64,000 bases of DNA from Bugula neritina (Eukaryota > Animalia > Bryozoa): positions 17,328,633 to 17,392,632 of the forward strand of contig OZ037769.1 in the NCBI GenBank assembly GCA_964035545.1, read 5' to 3'. Each line of letters starts with the position of its first letter. The first letter of the stretch is position 1. The position numbers and the translations under genes were made by a program. Under the pieces are notes generated by a model that was not told the DNA's origin, ran no database searches, and saw only the letters and a list, made by a program, of their open reading frames with translations. Shown piece by piece: positions 10,665 to 25,300 of this stretch.

Positions 10665-12969
10665 TTACAAACTGACTAGTATTCTTACGAGTCTCTCCAT
10701 ACTCAGTGATAGATGAATATCTTTTAACTTATAGTTCAGCCCATGGAAATCAATCTACAAACACCATGTAGTGCAAGTTGTAGTACATTATGATTAGATA
10801 TATCACAGGGGAAGGGAAGACAATTCTAAGTTCTAAGAAGTAAAACCTACGGCTCTGTGTATTCAGTAAAGTAAACTATAGCACACAAGTAAATGCTGTA
10901 TGCTGCGTAGTAACGATTATAAGGCTAAAGAACTCATGCTTTGTATTACTTAAACATAAAATAATACTATATCTTATATACCTGCGTATAGCAGCTGACT
11001 GAGTAAGTTAGTCTGAGAAATATGGCTTTACCTGCTCCATCAGCTCTTTGGGGTACTTTCTAGGTCTACTATTCAACTCGAGTATTTGAGTCACGGAGAT
11101 TTTATTCTCTAGTTTAACTCTGTTTCTCTCCACCTATTAAACGCAAACAGGAGAGTACTATTCACTCTGACACATGTGACTGAACAGATGGTGTCATGTG
11201 ACTGAACAGATGGTGTCATGTGACTGAAGAGATGGTGTCATGTGACTGAACAGATGGTGTCATGTGACCTCACAGCTTCTCACCTCCTTCACCAAGTGTT
11301 TCTCGCTGTCACTGACATCTACAGTCACATTGATCTCTGTGTGTAGTAACTCACTCTCCAGCTGAGCTTTGTCTTTGTACACATTAGCGGAGATCTTTCT
11401 GGCCGTCTTCTCCATGGCTGCCCGTTGCTATAAAATACCAACTGCTGGTTACTGGAGTTACGAGGACATCAGAATACGCTGCCGACAGCACAGGAAGTGA
11501 CACTCACCAGAGACTGCTGATGTACTTGCTCTCGCTCTCTCTGCTCGGACCGACTCTTCAGTTGAACCTCACGCTCTCTCAGAGTGATGTACGTTGTGTA
11601 GTCTGCTTCTAGACGCTGCTCGTTCTCCCACCTGCACAGGATATACATTTAGTATACAGATGCACACTTAGTATACAGACGTACACTTAGTACACAGACG
11701 TACACTTAGTATACAGACAGACATGTAGAAGAAAGGCTCACCAAGATTCCATGTAACTCGGGTCAAAAAGTCTTTCTGCCAGGGCCGCCTGACCCATAAA
11801 CATTTTGAAAGTAATTTTGATGGTTTCTTCGAGTTCATAGCAGAGTATCCCGTGTATGTAGTAGTTGAGGGACGAGTCAGATGGACTGAAGGACCTTGAG
11901 GTCACTGAGAAGGTACAAACAGCTTTCAACGCTTTCTTTAATTTCTAGAGAAACGGAATAAACCAGGTTTATAAAGCAGACCTGATTGAAAGAAGCTTTT
12001 AATGATGAGCTAGAGTTTCAACAGGCGTGTGACCTATATCTAACAAGTGTGTGACCTATATGTGATAATCATATGACCTATATCTGAATAGCATTTGACC
12101 TATATGTGACGAGTGTGTTACTCATATATGATAATAATATGACCTATATCTGACAAGCGTGTGACCTATAACCGACAGGCATGTGACCCATATCTAACAA
12201 GGGAGTGACCTATATCTGATAAGTGTATGACCTATATCTCATGAGTGTGACCTATATCTGACCAGCAAATGACCTATATATCTGACCAGCATTTGACCTA
12301 CTTCTAGAGAGTCTATGCCATCTGCTTTAATATCCTTATGTTTGGTATACTGTCTGTGGTAAAGTAACTTCTTCACCCGAGAGGTGATGACGCAGTACTT
12401 GGCGAGGTAGTCTACGGGAGTCAGTTCGGAGAGGGTCTCTAGGTTGATGGGCATTTCAAACCTCGGCAGCTCCACAAATCCCTTCGGCAGCCATTCCGAG
12501 GGTTGCTACAGTAGAGACAGCAGAGGGTGAAGTTATGTAATATGAGCACAGCAAGTCATGTCTATTATAATTCCTTATCAAATAAGGAGTTGTGTTCTCC
12601 TAAAGTGGTTTGAATTACTTGGTTTAATTGTGAAACTAGATGGTTAGGTCTCAGACTAGGGAGCTCTGATTTATTGAGGAGACATTTTCATGATGCGTAT
12701 ATTTATATCCATAATAATGGTCTAACAGCATTGCTAGTTGAGTCACATGTCACAGTCACTGTGAATTCAAAGTGATGGTGTGTTCAGTCAAAACTTCTAG
12801 CCTGTGATCCAACAGTTCAACTCACTCTGCTGGTGTGGGGTTCTTGTGAAGGCTCCGTTCTGTGTTGAGTCTTCTGGGGCCTGAGTCTTCCACTGAGATG
12901 AGTCAGCGATGAGGAGTACTGCGGGACAGTCTTGTAGCTGCTGACTCCAGCGTCAGCGTCTTGGGGCAT
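10665..12969 (-). CDS. Uncharacterised multi-exon protein with a degenerate EF-hand-like region and a coiled-coil segment
   Basis: Seven phase-compatible exons (~12826-12969, 12302-12505, 11743-11944, 11508-11631, 11284-11427, 11032-11133, 10665-10754) give MPQDADAG...LTPVDYLAKYCVI...KITFKMFMGQAALAERLF...ELMEQ|IDFHGLNYKLKDIHLSLSMERLVRILVSL*. A probable non-coding exon lies at ~13302-13430. Confidence 0.7.
12028..12300. repeat. Degenerate ~20-bp intronic repeat (GTGACCTATATCTGAC core)
   Basis: Diverged tandem copies adjoining a splice donor. Confidence 0.7.
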
Positions 12970-13911
12970 GGCAGCAGCTGAAACCAACTGAACATGGGAT
13001 CACAACTGAATTTAAAATTTGAAAGGTAATTTTGAGCCTAAGCACATTGGCTACATTTTTCATGTGGAACACATGCTTCCCTTCCTTTACTGTGTCCACC
13101 TCTAACTTAGTAGATGAACTTGTATATTCACTAGACAAAGTAGAATTCTGCAAGTAATTACGTAGATACAGTCAATAAATAGTACAAGTTTCCATGACAC
13201 ACGTAACCATATCATCATATCACAGAAGCTGTACATATATATATCTGATACTGAATGTATGTGGAGGTAAGGCACATTTCACCATATTCTACTCAACTCA
13301 CAGTGATATGTGTAGAGATGTGTTCCAGGAGGTTCAAACAAGACAAGATGAGGAGCTGCTGAAGTCTAGAGATCTGATCATAGCTGAGTCAGCGAGTACT
13401 GCTGCCGAGACGAACTGAACTATGCTGACTCTAGTTTAATCAAATCATAAAGTCTCTCATGCAGTGACAATACAAAGCAGACTTCTTAACTTGTAAGATT
13501 ATATCACAACTCAACTGCTCAGTTAATTAGCTGATGTATTGTTAGTATGACTGAGTTGTAAAAGACTTGTGTTTGTGTAACATATAAATTAAGTAACACT
13601 GAACAAGTCATTTGTTTTTCTGTATTGAGCTTAGAGTGATGTGTAAACAATGGGTTACAGATACAGCTGATAAAGTTGATTACATTCACTGGCTGGCAAG
13701 TTAGTTAGTATGAAAGACATGTGGGCTGTTTTGTAGAGTGGGCGTACCTTAGAGCTGTCCTGTGACGTCAGCTACCTTCTTCAGGTCAATGAACTGCTGA
13801 CTTTCAGCAAATTGATTTTGGTAAATAAATACAAGACGAGGAATTATCTGCTCAGTATACAAATTAAGAAGGCATACTAGACTGAGTGATAACTGTAATT
13901 TTCGACGCATA

Positions 13912-14290
13912 AGTGTCAGCTAGGTATCAGCCATGTGTCAGCTAAGTACCAACTATGTGTCATCTAGATATAAACTAAGTGTCATCTAGGTATAAACTAA
14001 GTGTCATCTAGGTATAAACTAAGTGTCAGCTAGGTATCAACTAAGTGTCATCCATGTGTCAGCTAGGTGGTAATTATGACTATCAAGTATAACTGAACGG
14101 TATAACTTCGTACTTCTCTTTTTCTTTTGTAACCTGCACATACCTGTCTACTACTATAACCTGTGAATACCTATATATTACTATAACCTGTACACACCTG
14201 TCTACTGCTGTAACCTGTACATACCTGTCTACTACTGTAACCTGCACATACCTGTCTACTACTGTAGCCTGTACATACCTGTCTACTACT
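13912..14290. repeat. Two short intergenic minisatellites (~21 bp and ~29 bp units)
   Basis: AAGTGTCATCTAGGTATAAACT-like copies at 13912-14070; AACCTGTACATACCTGTCTACTACTGT-like copies at 14128-14290. Confidence 0.7.
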
Positions 14291-15472
14291 ATTTTATTTT
14301 CATCAATATTTGGTATTTACTTAGGATAGTGTGGATGATTTACATTGTTTTGTTAGGTGCATGTTATGGTGTAAAGTACATTTAAATTAAATGCTTAAAA
14401 TAATGATTTACATAAATTATTATGCCTTATGTAAACAGTATTAGTGTGGGGATCTAGAATATTATCATATTGATATTATCACTATACTATTATTACTAAT
14501 ATAGTAATATATTATTATCCTATTGATATTACTGTATATTATAGTATTATGGTCAATAATATAAACATATTATAGTAAAACAATATATAATATAAGTAAT
14601 ACAGCATATTAATATTCTAATCTAATGCATAAATAACTACAAGTAGAAGTATTATAGTCTGTACCATAAGAAATACAATTCAACTTTACAGAATAAAATT
14701 ATATATTACATTAGTATACATAACTATGTACCAGAACTGTTGGGAATTACATTATATTCCTATAGCTTTCTCTCCATAATACAATCCATATTCTCTCTCC
14801 ATGCTATACACAACGTATATCCAACACAACGTACCCAACACAACGTACCCAACACAACGTATAAGAGACACAAATAAAACACACAATGTACTTTGCAAAG
14901 AGAATTCCCAGGGGGAATATTCATATGTTGGTATGTTGAATAACTTTGCTGTACTAATGTCCTATTAATATTTGTAAATCTGCACTAGATCCATCAACTG
15001 AGAGCTCTTCAAGTAATACTAGAACATAGCATCAGTACCATACTAAAACATAGCCCCTATACCATGCTAAAACATAGCCTCAGTACCATGCTAAAACATA
15101 GCCCCAGAGCTGTATTGCAGTTACACTACTATATTCAGATGACATCATGGCTTGAAATTTATTGATATGAATATATTCACAGCAAATTCCATAGCTATAG
15201 TAATGTGTAGTATTATATTTATGTCACAAGGAGTTATAAATGGTATTCTGTAGACTAAGTTGGGAATTATCACCTCTAAAATAGAGGAGAGATAACTTCA
15301 AGATACACAGTTTCATTCCAGTTGGTGTCTATAAAATATATAACACAGTGTCAGTGAGTTAAGCTCCTATTTGAGTCTACGAGAATCTGTCAGTATACAC
15401 TTAGTCTTTCTACCTCCCAGTAGAGAGAGCGCTTGTACAGCTCAGAGGAGCTTAGGTCAAGGTCACTTAAGG

Positions 15473-18086
15473 TCAACGTTTCTGTATGCTTCGTAGCTGC
15501 TTCTTTCGCATTCTTTTCAGTTTGGCAACATTTTTGATCTAAAACATGGAGATTAGATGAGCTAGTTATCACTGACTCGGTGTATACTAGACTAATCAGC
15601 TGTTTGACTCAGTATAATATCAATATAGTAATATAATAATATTGTATTGTAATATATTACTTTAGCAATACTACAATATAATAAAATAATAACATAATAT
15701 AATATATGCAACAGTCCATTTCTACTTACTGGTACAACAATTTCATTTTTCTTCTCATTTTCCAACTTCCGCTTTTTATTCTCAGCGATTCTTTCCCGTT
15801 CAGCCTAGAAAATAACACAAGAAAGCGTTGAGAGACTCATAGCACAGCAGGTTTAAAAACTAACTTCTTCAGCCAAACATAATAACACCATAAAAATACA
15901 CGACTAAATACATTACAGAATCTGTAGGGATACAAACTACGTCTAACCTTCTGACGCTCTAATTTCTCCTCCTTCAACTCCTGGGCGAATGATTTGATAG
16001 CCTTGTGATCAGACTTCTTGTTTAGTTTGTCTTGCCATGTCGTAGAGTCTGGCTTATCATTTCTAATCCGAGAAAACCTGTATGATGTATATAGTGCTAT
16101 AGAGATATGGTGTATATAGTGCTATAGAGATATGGTGTATATAGTGCTATAGAGATATGATGTATATAGTGTTATAGAAATATGGTGTATATAGTGCTAT
16201 AGAGATATGATGTATATAATGCTATAGAGATATGATGTATATAGTGCTATAGAGATATGATGTATATAGTGCTATAGAGATATGATGTATATAGTGCTAT
16301 AGGGATATGATGTATATAGTGCTATAGAGATATGATGTATATAATGCTATAGAGATATGGTGTATATAGTGATATAGAGATATGATGTATATAGTGCTAT
16401 AGAGATATGATGTATATAGTGCTATAGAGATATGATGTATATAGTGCTATAGAGATATGATGTATATAGTGCTATAGAGATATGATGTATATAATGCTAT
16501 AGAGATATGATGTATATAGTGATATAGAGATATGATGTATATAGTGCTATAGAGATATGATGTATATAGTGCTATAGAGATATGGTGTATATAGTGCTAT
16601 AGAGATATGCAGGAACACAACAAACCTAAACAGAGCGAAACATAACATTGAACCGTAAAAAGCATGAAGAACAATAAAATATTATAATTAAAAGTTCTTA
16701 GATACAGCTTGTGCAATGTATTATATTTAATACAGCCAAATGGCAATAACTTGCATCAATAAGCAAGCATTGACCTTTGTGAACGAACTCGTTTCCATAT
16801 TCTTCCAGACTTAGGAACTCCTCGATTCCCACTCGTAGCTCTAACGTCTGCAACTACCCTCGGAGCTGCATCAGAGTTAGCAACGATGCTTAGTGTGTTG
16901 GAGTCAGTGTCCATAGAAGTGGGCCTGGTGTGCGAGTCTGAAACATCATCATAATAATATAATAATAATAATAATCAATACCAATATTATGATTACCACT
17001 GATAATACCACAGTAGGCTACCACTACGGCCATTACCGCCATACTGATTACTATTGCAGTTATGAGGTCTTGCAGTACTACTAGTAGTAGTACAGGTACG
17101 GCTAGATAATCATAATGATATTGAAATTTAATTTAAAATTAATGTTAAAACTTATATTGAAGTAAAAATATTACTTTATAATAAATAATTGTTGTGTTTT
17201 AATATAAGAAAGTAGCAAGACGAATAACGTTACCTCATAAGTTATAAATGTAAGTGTAGTTGCAAGTTGCAAGACACAAGAGTAAAGATAAGTGAAAATG
17301 TTGAGTTTTTATACCAGTCAAAAAGGTTGGCTATTGTGTAGTAGTCACAATCATAATGAGTATAATATACTTATAGCTTGCATAACTGTGATGATACATG
17401 AAAAGCTATAAGTTAAATCATAATAAATTAGAGAAAAGCTTCCCCAGCTTATGTAAAGTCCCAACAAATACAATAATAATATTAAATATAATATTTGTAT
17501 TTATGAAAATAAAGTTAATAATGAATATGAAAATGAAATTGAATATCACGATCGTCATTATCATTATGATTATCATAATCAGATAATGATTATTATCATT
17601 ATGATTATAATTATAATTAAATTATTAATACTATGTTTAATATCAATAATATTAAATTTAATTATAATTATGTTAAATTTAATACTATACAAAATTCAAT
17701 ATCAATGTGAATATATATAACAATTATATATTAATATAGTAAATATTATTTAATATTTATATTTTATAATTATTTAATTATATAATAATGCTAATAGTAT
17801 TACATTTACTATTAGTAATAGTAGTGGCAACTCAAACTGTAAGTCTCAGTCTGAGTTTAACTCTAAATCAAAATGAAATGAGTAATCACTAATAGTAATA
17901 CTAATAGTAATATTAAGTCTAATAGTAATCACTATTCACATTCACTGATTACTGATTAGTGATTAGTAATCAGTTAACCTAGTCAGTTAGTGACTTACTA
18001 TTGTCATTGTGATTGGGCTCGGCATCTGGAAGTGTGAGCTTTAATCTAGAAGATCTGAGAAGTTCCAACACACCGTCCTTTTTCAT
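15473..18086 (-). CDS. CCDC86: Coiled-coil domain-containing protein 86 / Cgr1-family ribosome biogenesis factor
   Basis: Five exons (~17999-18086, 16775-16937, 15948-16077, 15730-15804, 15473-15538) give RGVPKSGRIWK...RKLENEKKNEIVVPIKNVAKLKRMRKKQLRSIQKR*, the Cgr1/CCDC86 signature. Confidence 0.88.
16082..16608. repeat. 25-bp intronic minisatellite (GATGTATATAGTGCTATAGAGATAT)
   Basis: About 21 tandem copies abutting a CCDC86 splice acceptor. Confidence 0.9.
17190..17466. mobile_element. Solo-LTR-like ~280-bp repeat, copy 1
   Basis: TGTTG...CAACA termini; colinear similarity to 25482-25766 (e.g. CCCAGCTTATGTAA..CCCAACA). Confidence 0.5.
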
Positions 18087-18759
18087 GGCGAAAATGTATA
18101 ATTTTAGCAAAGATAAAACAGATAAAATTGTAAACGTCTACACTTGAGGTATAATATCGTTAGAAATTAAAAATAAATGTTGACATTATTTTCACGTGTC
18201 TAGGAATCAAAACCGGACGTACTTATTGCCTTCCAACGGTTAAAGTTCACACTCGTTGTCAAATTATATTAAATCTTAAGCTAGGGCGTCAAAGTATTTC
18301 CATCAAGCTAGGTTAAGGTTATTTACTAACTAGATATTTATAGTTTTTCAAAAAAGAGTTTAAAATGTACATTTTTTACATATCTGATATCTAGGTGACT
18401 AATAATAATTATGTTGCATTAACAATTTGTATCATTATGTGCAACTTATGTTGCTTTTGGCGTTATGATTATCAAGTAATAGAGTATCTGTTATCAGTAT
18501 CACTCTCACTGTACACTGGTGACCTGACCAGTGACTGTACTGTGTACACTCAACACTGTACAGTGTGAGTGTATGAGACTGAGTATCACTATCAGTAAGA
18601 GTATCAGTATCACTATCAGTTATCAGTATTACTAAATGACTAATACTATCACTATGGTACTGGTAGTAACTATGATATAACATTAGACTTAGTTATTAGT
18701 GTTATAAAAATCTTTATATTAGTTATTACTATTAGTATTAGTATTACTATGAGTATTAG

Positions 18760-19975
18760 TGGAGAATAGGATTAGAGGCTTGGTAAAAATATCAGACAGG
18801 CAATATGGATTCCAACCCGGAAAGTCAACAGTACAACCAATGTTCTGCCTCCGGATGTTACAGGAGAAGATGAGAGAATATCAAACAGACCTCCACATGG
18901 TATTCGTTGATCTTGAAAAAGCGTACGACACGGTGCCACGAGACCTCATATGGTACTGTTTAAGAAAAAAAAGTGTACCAGAGCAGTATGTTAGGATTAT
19001 TCGGGATATGTACAAGAACTGCACTACATCAGTTACAACCAGCGAAGGAGCAACAGAAGAGATAGACATCGAAGTGAGGTTGCACTCGGGATCTGCGTTG
19101 AGTCCTTTCCTGTTCATAGTCATATTGGATGTAATCTCAGAAAAAATAGACGAGAAAATACCGTGGGCAATGCTCTTTGCAGATGACCTAGTTATCTGCG
19201 ATAGAGAGGGAGAAAGGGTAGAAGAGAGATTAGAGGCATGGCGTGGACATCTAGAGGACGCAGGTCTCAAGGTGAGCCGGAAGAAAACAGAGCATCTTCC
19301 ACCAAGGGAAAGCACCACCAGGATCAGAATGAAAAGATATGACCAGGAGGACTACACTGAGCTACAAATAAGTTCAAGTATCTGGGGACAGTGATAGATC
19401 AGGATGGAGGCTGTGAGGCTGAAGTCACAAGAAGAATAAGTGCAGCGTGGGATAGATGGAGGGACCTATCAGGAGTTATGTGTGATAAAAAAGTGCCTAA
19501 ACAACTGAAGGTATTACTCTACAAAACAATCATAAAACCAACACTGATATATGGCAATGAAACATGGCCCATCACCCAGAGGCAAGAACAAAGGATAGAG
19601 GCAACCGAAATGCGAATGCTCAGACACATATATAGAATAAACTGGGAGGATCATGTTGGGAATGAAGACATAAGAAGCGAAGCTAAGGTTAAACCTGTGT
19701 CTAGGTATATGAGGAAGAGAAGACTCCAGTGGTATGGTCATGTGCAGAGGAGAGATAGTGAAGAGGATATTAAATATGTGACTGAGTTGAAAATAGTGGG
19801 GAAGAGAAAGAGAGGACGACCCAAACGAAGATGGATGGACACGATAGGAGATGACATGAAGCGATGGGATCTTAAACCGGAGGAGGCAGAAGACCGGGAA
19901 AGATGGCAGACGCTGATAGAGATTGGAAACCTGCAGACCGGTCACCCGTACAGGACTATGACCGCATAGGTGTGA
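18760..19975 (+). mobile_element. 5'-truncated RTE-clade non-LTR retrotransposon (RT fragment, one frameshift) with 17-bp TSD
   Basis: RT motifs QYGFQPGKST, FVDLEKAYD, GSALSPFLF, LFADD; C-terminal RLQWYGHV and GKRKRGRPKRRW. Frameshift near 19370. TSD ATTACTATGAGTATTAG at 18743-18759 and 19976-19992. Confidence 0.92.
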
Positions 19976-20570
19976 ATTACTATGAGTATTAGCATTAGTA
20001 TTAGTATAAGTATTACTATTACTATTAGTATTAGATTTCAATTTATTGCATTTACTTTTAGTTTTCCTGGTTTACTTTTGTCTTTCAGTTTCAGTTTTAT
20101 CAAATATAAATATAATTCTTAGTATTAATATCCACAATAATATTTATTTTATCTACTTTTAGTTATCTATTAGATATAAAAAACCACAGTCTTACCGAGT
20201 CTAAAATGTTGTTGTAAATTTATACTTTTACTTCGCTAGACATGAAAAGGGTATAAGTATAACGGATAATATTGATTTACGAATATAATAAATTTTTATT
20301 TTAGTAGATACTAATAAGTTTTAGCAAACATCATTTAAATGTTCGTAAAATTTAATGATTGAAGGCTTAAATTAATCACTTAATTTTTTATTTGTGTCAC
20401 TTTTGCGACTCAACTATAGTTAGTAATAATTTATATGAATTCTAGAAGATTCCAATTACATTACCATAGTGTGCATGGTAGTCTAAGTCTATGGGTCTTG
20501 ATAGAAAATTAGTTTCATTGAATTGAAGAATCTTTTTCTAATCAAGTTTTCTATACAAAGGAACTCCGTA

Positions 20571-21820
20571 ATGTGTGATAACCAAGGAGAGAGTGACTGG
20601 GAAACTGATGAGGTAATTTCTCTGTTATGTTATGTTGAGTATCTAAACATTGATTTGCACATTCAGAAACTCACTAAAAAACTGGCCATCAAATATATAG
20701 CAGACAATGACCATTTTATCAATAGCTTTCTGAGTCAATGCCCTTCTGGAAGATAACGAACCATCAAATATAGAGGGGCATGGGGCAGAGATAGCTTCTT
20801 GCGACATCTTGTAAATACTTTAAATGAGCTTCTATTTTAGATAATCCAACAGAGTTTTGACTTTTTCTCCCATTTTTGTTCCTTCCTACTTATATTATAG
20901 CCAGTATTTACACTGATTTTTGCAACGTGTTGTCATGTACGTGATATGCAATCAATCAATAAATCAATACGAAATAGTAACAAAAAATTAGTATATCCTG
21001 TTTTATATTTGCTCCTTGAAGACTACCCTATTGTATTCTTTTGCTATTTTAATGCATTATGCTACAGGAAACTGATATTGTCGTGAAGCTGTCCGGGGTT
21101 ATTCGTGATGATTTTGTGAAAAGCATGACGGCAGATAGCAAGCCCAAATGTGTTGCGTTGGTATGAACCATACTTGGTCTTCTAATATGTTGCTGATAAT
21201 GTTTAGCCTGTGATCCTGCATTGATATCTCTGTTTATCTCTTACACGTGTTTATGATCTGACTCTGCAGGGTCTGATGACTGAGAACCCAATGTTACAGT
21301 TTGGGACTCAACTCTTTCAGGGCTCCTACTCTCAGCCCACAGGAACTCATCTTCTGCTCAAAGAATCTCGGGCTAAAGGTGGGAATCGCTGACATCAGTG
21401 CTATTCAGATACTATTCATTGTATTTGATGAGATGAATCACTGTATTTAGTTGCTATGTTTTGTTTGCTCAGATGGCGGCGTAACACTGAAGTATCATTG
21501 TAACACGTATCAGCAGCTGGATATGAAGAAGCTTTATGTGCAGGAGAAGATACTAGCCAATGGTGAGTTAATAACATGTCCAAGTTCTCTTCAACTGAAT
21601 TACTGCTGTACGAAATTGACTTTCACAAAGTGCCATGAATTTCCTCATAAGGGAAGACAATTACTGTTTAGAGTTCCAGAAAGAAACTCCGCTGCAAGAA
21701 GGTGTTGCCCAGGAAGCAGACCAACCTTCAAGTTCCACGACTGAAGAGTCGGTGAAAGAAGCAGACAACACACAGGAAGGCGAAGTGCAGAAGGATGGCA
21801 GTGAAAAGATGGAGACGTGA
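20571..21820 (+). CDS. GTF3C6: General transcription factor IIIC subunit 6-like
   Basis: Exons 20571-20612, 21068-21160, 21270-21378, 21473-21562, 21672-21820 give ESDWETDEETDIVVKLSGVI...LGLMTENPMLQFGTQLFQGSYSQPTGTHLLL...LKYHCNT, plus an acidic tail. Confidence 0.8.
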
Positions 21821-22358
21821 GAAATAGCAGTTTGTAGAGGATGAGAAAGAGTAGAGCTGCTACCTGTTGAACTGAAGAGACGGTCTGAGCAGTTACTCTG
21901 GGATAACTCCGAATACTGCTGCTTATACTCGCACTCAGTGCAAGTTTATATCACTATATTTGTGTTTTTATTGAGTTGATACACACTGTTGGAAATTATG
22001 TATAGAATAAACATGTTTGTTATAGTAACGTGGAATGAGTTTTATTCAAAACATATATAAAACAACCAGGTATATAAAAACTTCAACATCATATTATTAG
22101 GTAGGGTAAAGCCTGCATAAGTAACAACTCTGTAGAAATCATGTAGATAGAATATAATACACAAACTACAAACTACTACTCCCAAAAATATTGCCAAAAG
22201 ACTAGCAAATATATAAGTAGAACTGTGTGTCATTTCACACCATCGCTGAGTTGCAGTGTAACTATAGCAATGGTAACCGTGGTGATGTATCATAGCCCTA
22301 GCAACAGTAGTCATGGTGACAGGAGGTATCTATAGCAACAGTGACTCGTGTTGAGGAA

Positions 22359-25300
22359 TCATTGGAGTGGGGAGAATGGAGTAGGAATGAGTATTCTGGA
22401 GCGAAGCGACTTGATTAACGGCACTGTAACATATGAGTATGCACTACTGTAACATATGAGTATACACTACTGTAACATATGAGTATACACTACTGTAACA
22501 CATGAGTATACACTACTGTAACATATGAGTATACACTACTGTAACATATGAGTATACACTACTGTAACACATGAGTATATACTACTGTAACACATGAGTA
22601 TACACTACTGTAACATATGAGTATACACTACTGTAACACATGAGTATACACTACTGTAACACATGAGTATACACTACTGTAACATATGAGTATACACTAC
22701 TGTAACATATGAGTATACACTACTGTAACATATGAGTATACACTACTGTAACACATGAGTATACACTACTGTAACATATGAGTATACACTACTGTAACAT
22801 ATGAGTATATACTACTGTAACATATGAGTATACACTACTGTAACATATGAGTATACACTACTGTAACATATGAGTATACACTACTGTAACATATGAGTAT
22901 ACACTACTCTAACACATGCGTATACACTACTGTAACACATGAGTATACACTACTGTAACATATGAGTATATACTACTGTAACATATGAGTATACACTACT
23001 GTAACATATGAGTATACACTACTGTAACACATGAGTATACACTACTGTAACATATGAGTATATACTACTCTAACATATGAGTATACACTACTGTAACATA
23101 TGAGTATACACTACTGTAACATATGAGTATACACTACTGTAACATATGAGTATACACTACTGTAACATATGAGTATATACTACTGTAACATATGAGTATA
23201 CACTACTGTAACACATGAGTATATACTACTGTAACACATGAGTATACACTACTGTAACATATGAGTATACACTACTGTAACATATGAGTATACACTACTG
23301 TAACACATGAGTATACACTACTGTAACATATGAGTATACACTACTGTAACATATGAGTATATACTACTGGGTCATTCCGTGTCAAATCAACCAAATTTCA
23401 GAAAGTCCCACGCCTTTGCGTCTCAGATTTTGTTCATATTTACACCAAATGGACCTACACATGTCCTGAGTACTATTCTTCAATATTTCTGGCTTGACAC
23501 AAAAACTTTTTGAGAAATGACTATTTTCATGAACAAAGGTTGGGAAAAATTTTGAAGAAAATTTGCGAATTTTACTTTTAGACCAATTTGTAAACGTCCA
23601 TATCTCCATTATTTTTCTAGACTGAGCCTTAAAATTTGGTGTGTGATTTGATAACACCTATCAATTTGCACTAGTAATAACATATACTGCAGAATACTTT
23701 GTGTGCATATATGCTAAGCCATTGAATATTGGCAAATTTTTATAAATTTTGAAAAAATTCGAATATTTGCCACATCACAAAAGGCGTCAATTTTTATTTT
23801 ACTTCCATGAATTTTTATCTATAAACAGTTGATTATGGTGACTTTATACTCCTTAATTTGTGTAATTTTGAAAATAATATTTTCCGAGATATAGACACCC
23901 AAAGTGAAGAAAATGTGAAAATTCGCCCAACTTCACAAGGATGTAACCTGATGTTTGAATACAGTAAAATCTTTCAAACAAGCATTTTCTGCAACGTCAT
24001 TTAGTGTATTTTGTAGATTCATAAATTTGAACATCCTTATATTGTCCAAACTTGAAGTAAATCGCACGGGAAAATGGTATGTGTATGAAAATCGGCAAAA
24101 TGCAATTTTTCAATATAATATGTTGGGATCATACATTTTTTATCATTCATATTGTTCAAAATATCAAGTAGATACATATATGTTTCCTATATATGTCAAA
24201 TCTACTGAAGATTACAATAAAATCTGATTTGTGTGTAATATCATAAGAAAAATTCTGCCAATTGGCATTATATGATATTCCCATTAAGTTTCAGGTAGCA
24301 ATTGTTATTTCTGTGAGTGAATGGTGTGAAACAGCTGAAATCTTGCTGGAATCAAGTACATTAAGTAGCTGAGGCAAGGAAGGCTTCAAAAAGCATACCC
24401 AAATATAACACCATGGTTCTGAATACAATAGGCCGAATTAGATCAACGTGGGGGTTACTGCATGCTGGAAACAATTGTGGCTTTTGAAACAGACCGTGTC
24501 TAAATATAGCAGAATGGTCCTAACCTCACCCTAATCAAGTTAGTAATTTGCCCAGGCTAAGAATAATATTCATCATCCTGAAAAAATCTACAACTTTTTT
24601 TTTTAAATGTAGAGAGAATGGTCTTCCAACTTTACCATCTCGTTCAAACAGAATTTCCTTTGCTGTTTTCTGGCTTGCTGGGCCAGGTAATTGTTTGCTC
24701 CAAATTCTATGGCTGTTCTATCGATGGTCCAGCTTTTTGTGCTAATGTCAATAACTAGACCCTTTCTAGTCACAAGAAAACTTCCGTGTCCTTATTCAAG
24801 GATCATACTAATTTGTTCAAATCTTTATGATTACTACGCTTCATACAGACATCTGTTGCTTCTGGGTGGAGTTCTTCTTCATCTATACCCTAGACTGTTT
24901 CTACCTTTTCAGTAATGACCTCCTGCACTTTCTTTCATTTTCTTTTCCTATAGCTCACTTTACTGGATGGGCTAATTTTGCAGCTTTCAAGGGAGAAGTT
25001 TCCAATTCTGTCATTCCAGTGTTTAGTGTCTGTGCTTCCTTAATTCTCAACTTCAAGAAATGCATCATATTTCACTTTTAGTTTCCTGAGAGTATTCTGA
25101 GAGCTCAGGTTTTTTAAAGCAATTAATATTGCACAGTTTCTCTCAGATTCTACAGTTCAAAAGAGTAGAATTATACCAAGAAAGCCCCAAAAATTAGCCC
25201 TTCCAGTAAAGTGAACTATGGGGAAAAAGCATAATCTAGTGGAGGAGGTCATTGCTAAGAAGGTTGCCACAGTTGCAAGTATAGAGGGAGAGGAACTCCA

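Noticed and set aside
11008-11031. Read-through stop (VKPYFSD*) as the end of the minus-strand gene
   Set aside because: A CAG|GTAAAG donor and an in-phase downstream exon at 10665-10754 give a better model, though unconfirmed.
13763-13770. Perfect CRE palindrome TGACGTCA
   Set aside because: A single 8-mer is expected by chance in 64 kb and the TSS is unknown.
18881-20041. Antisense ORFs over the LINE (also 39826-41157 and 62713-63785)
   Set aside because: Shadow frames of genuine sense-strand coding sequence.
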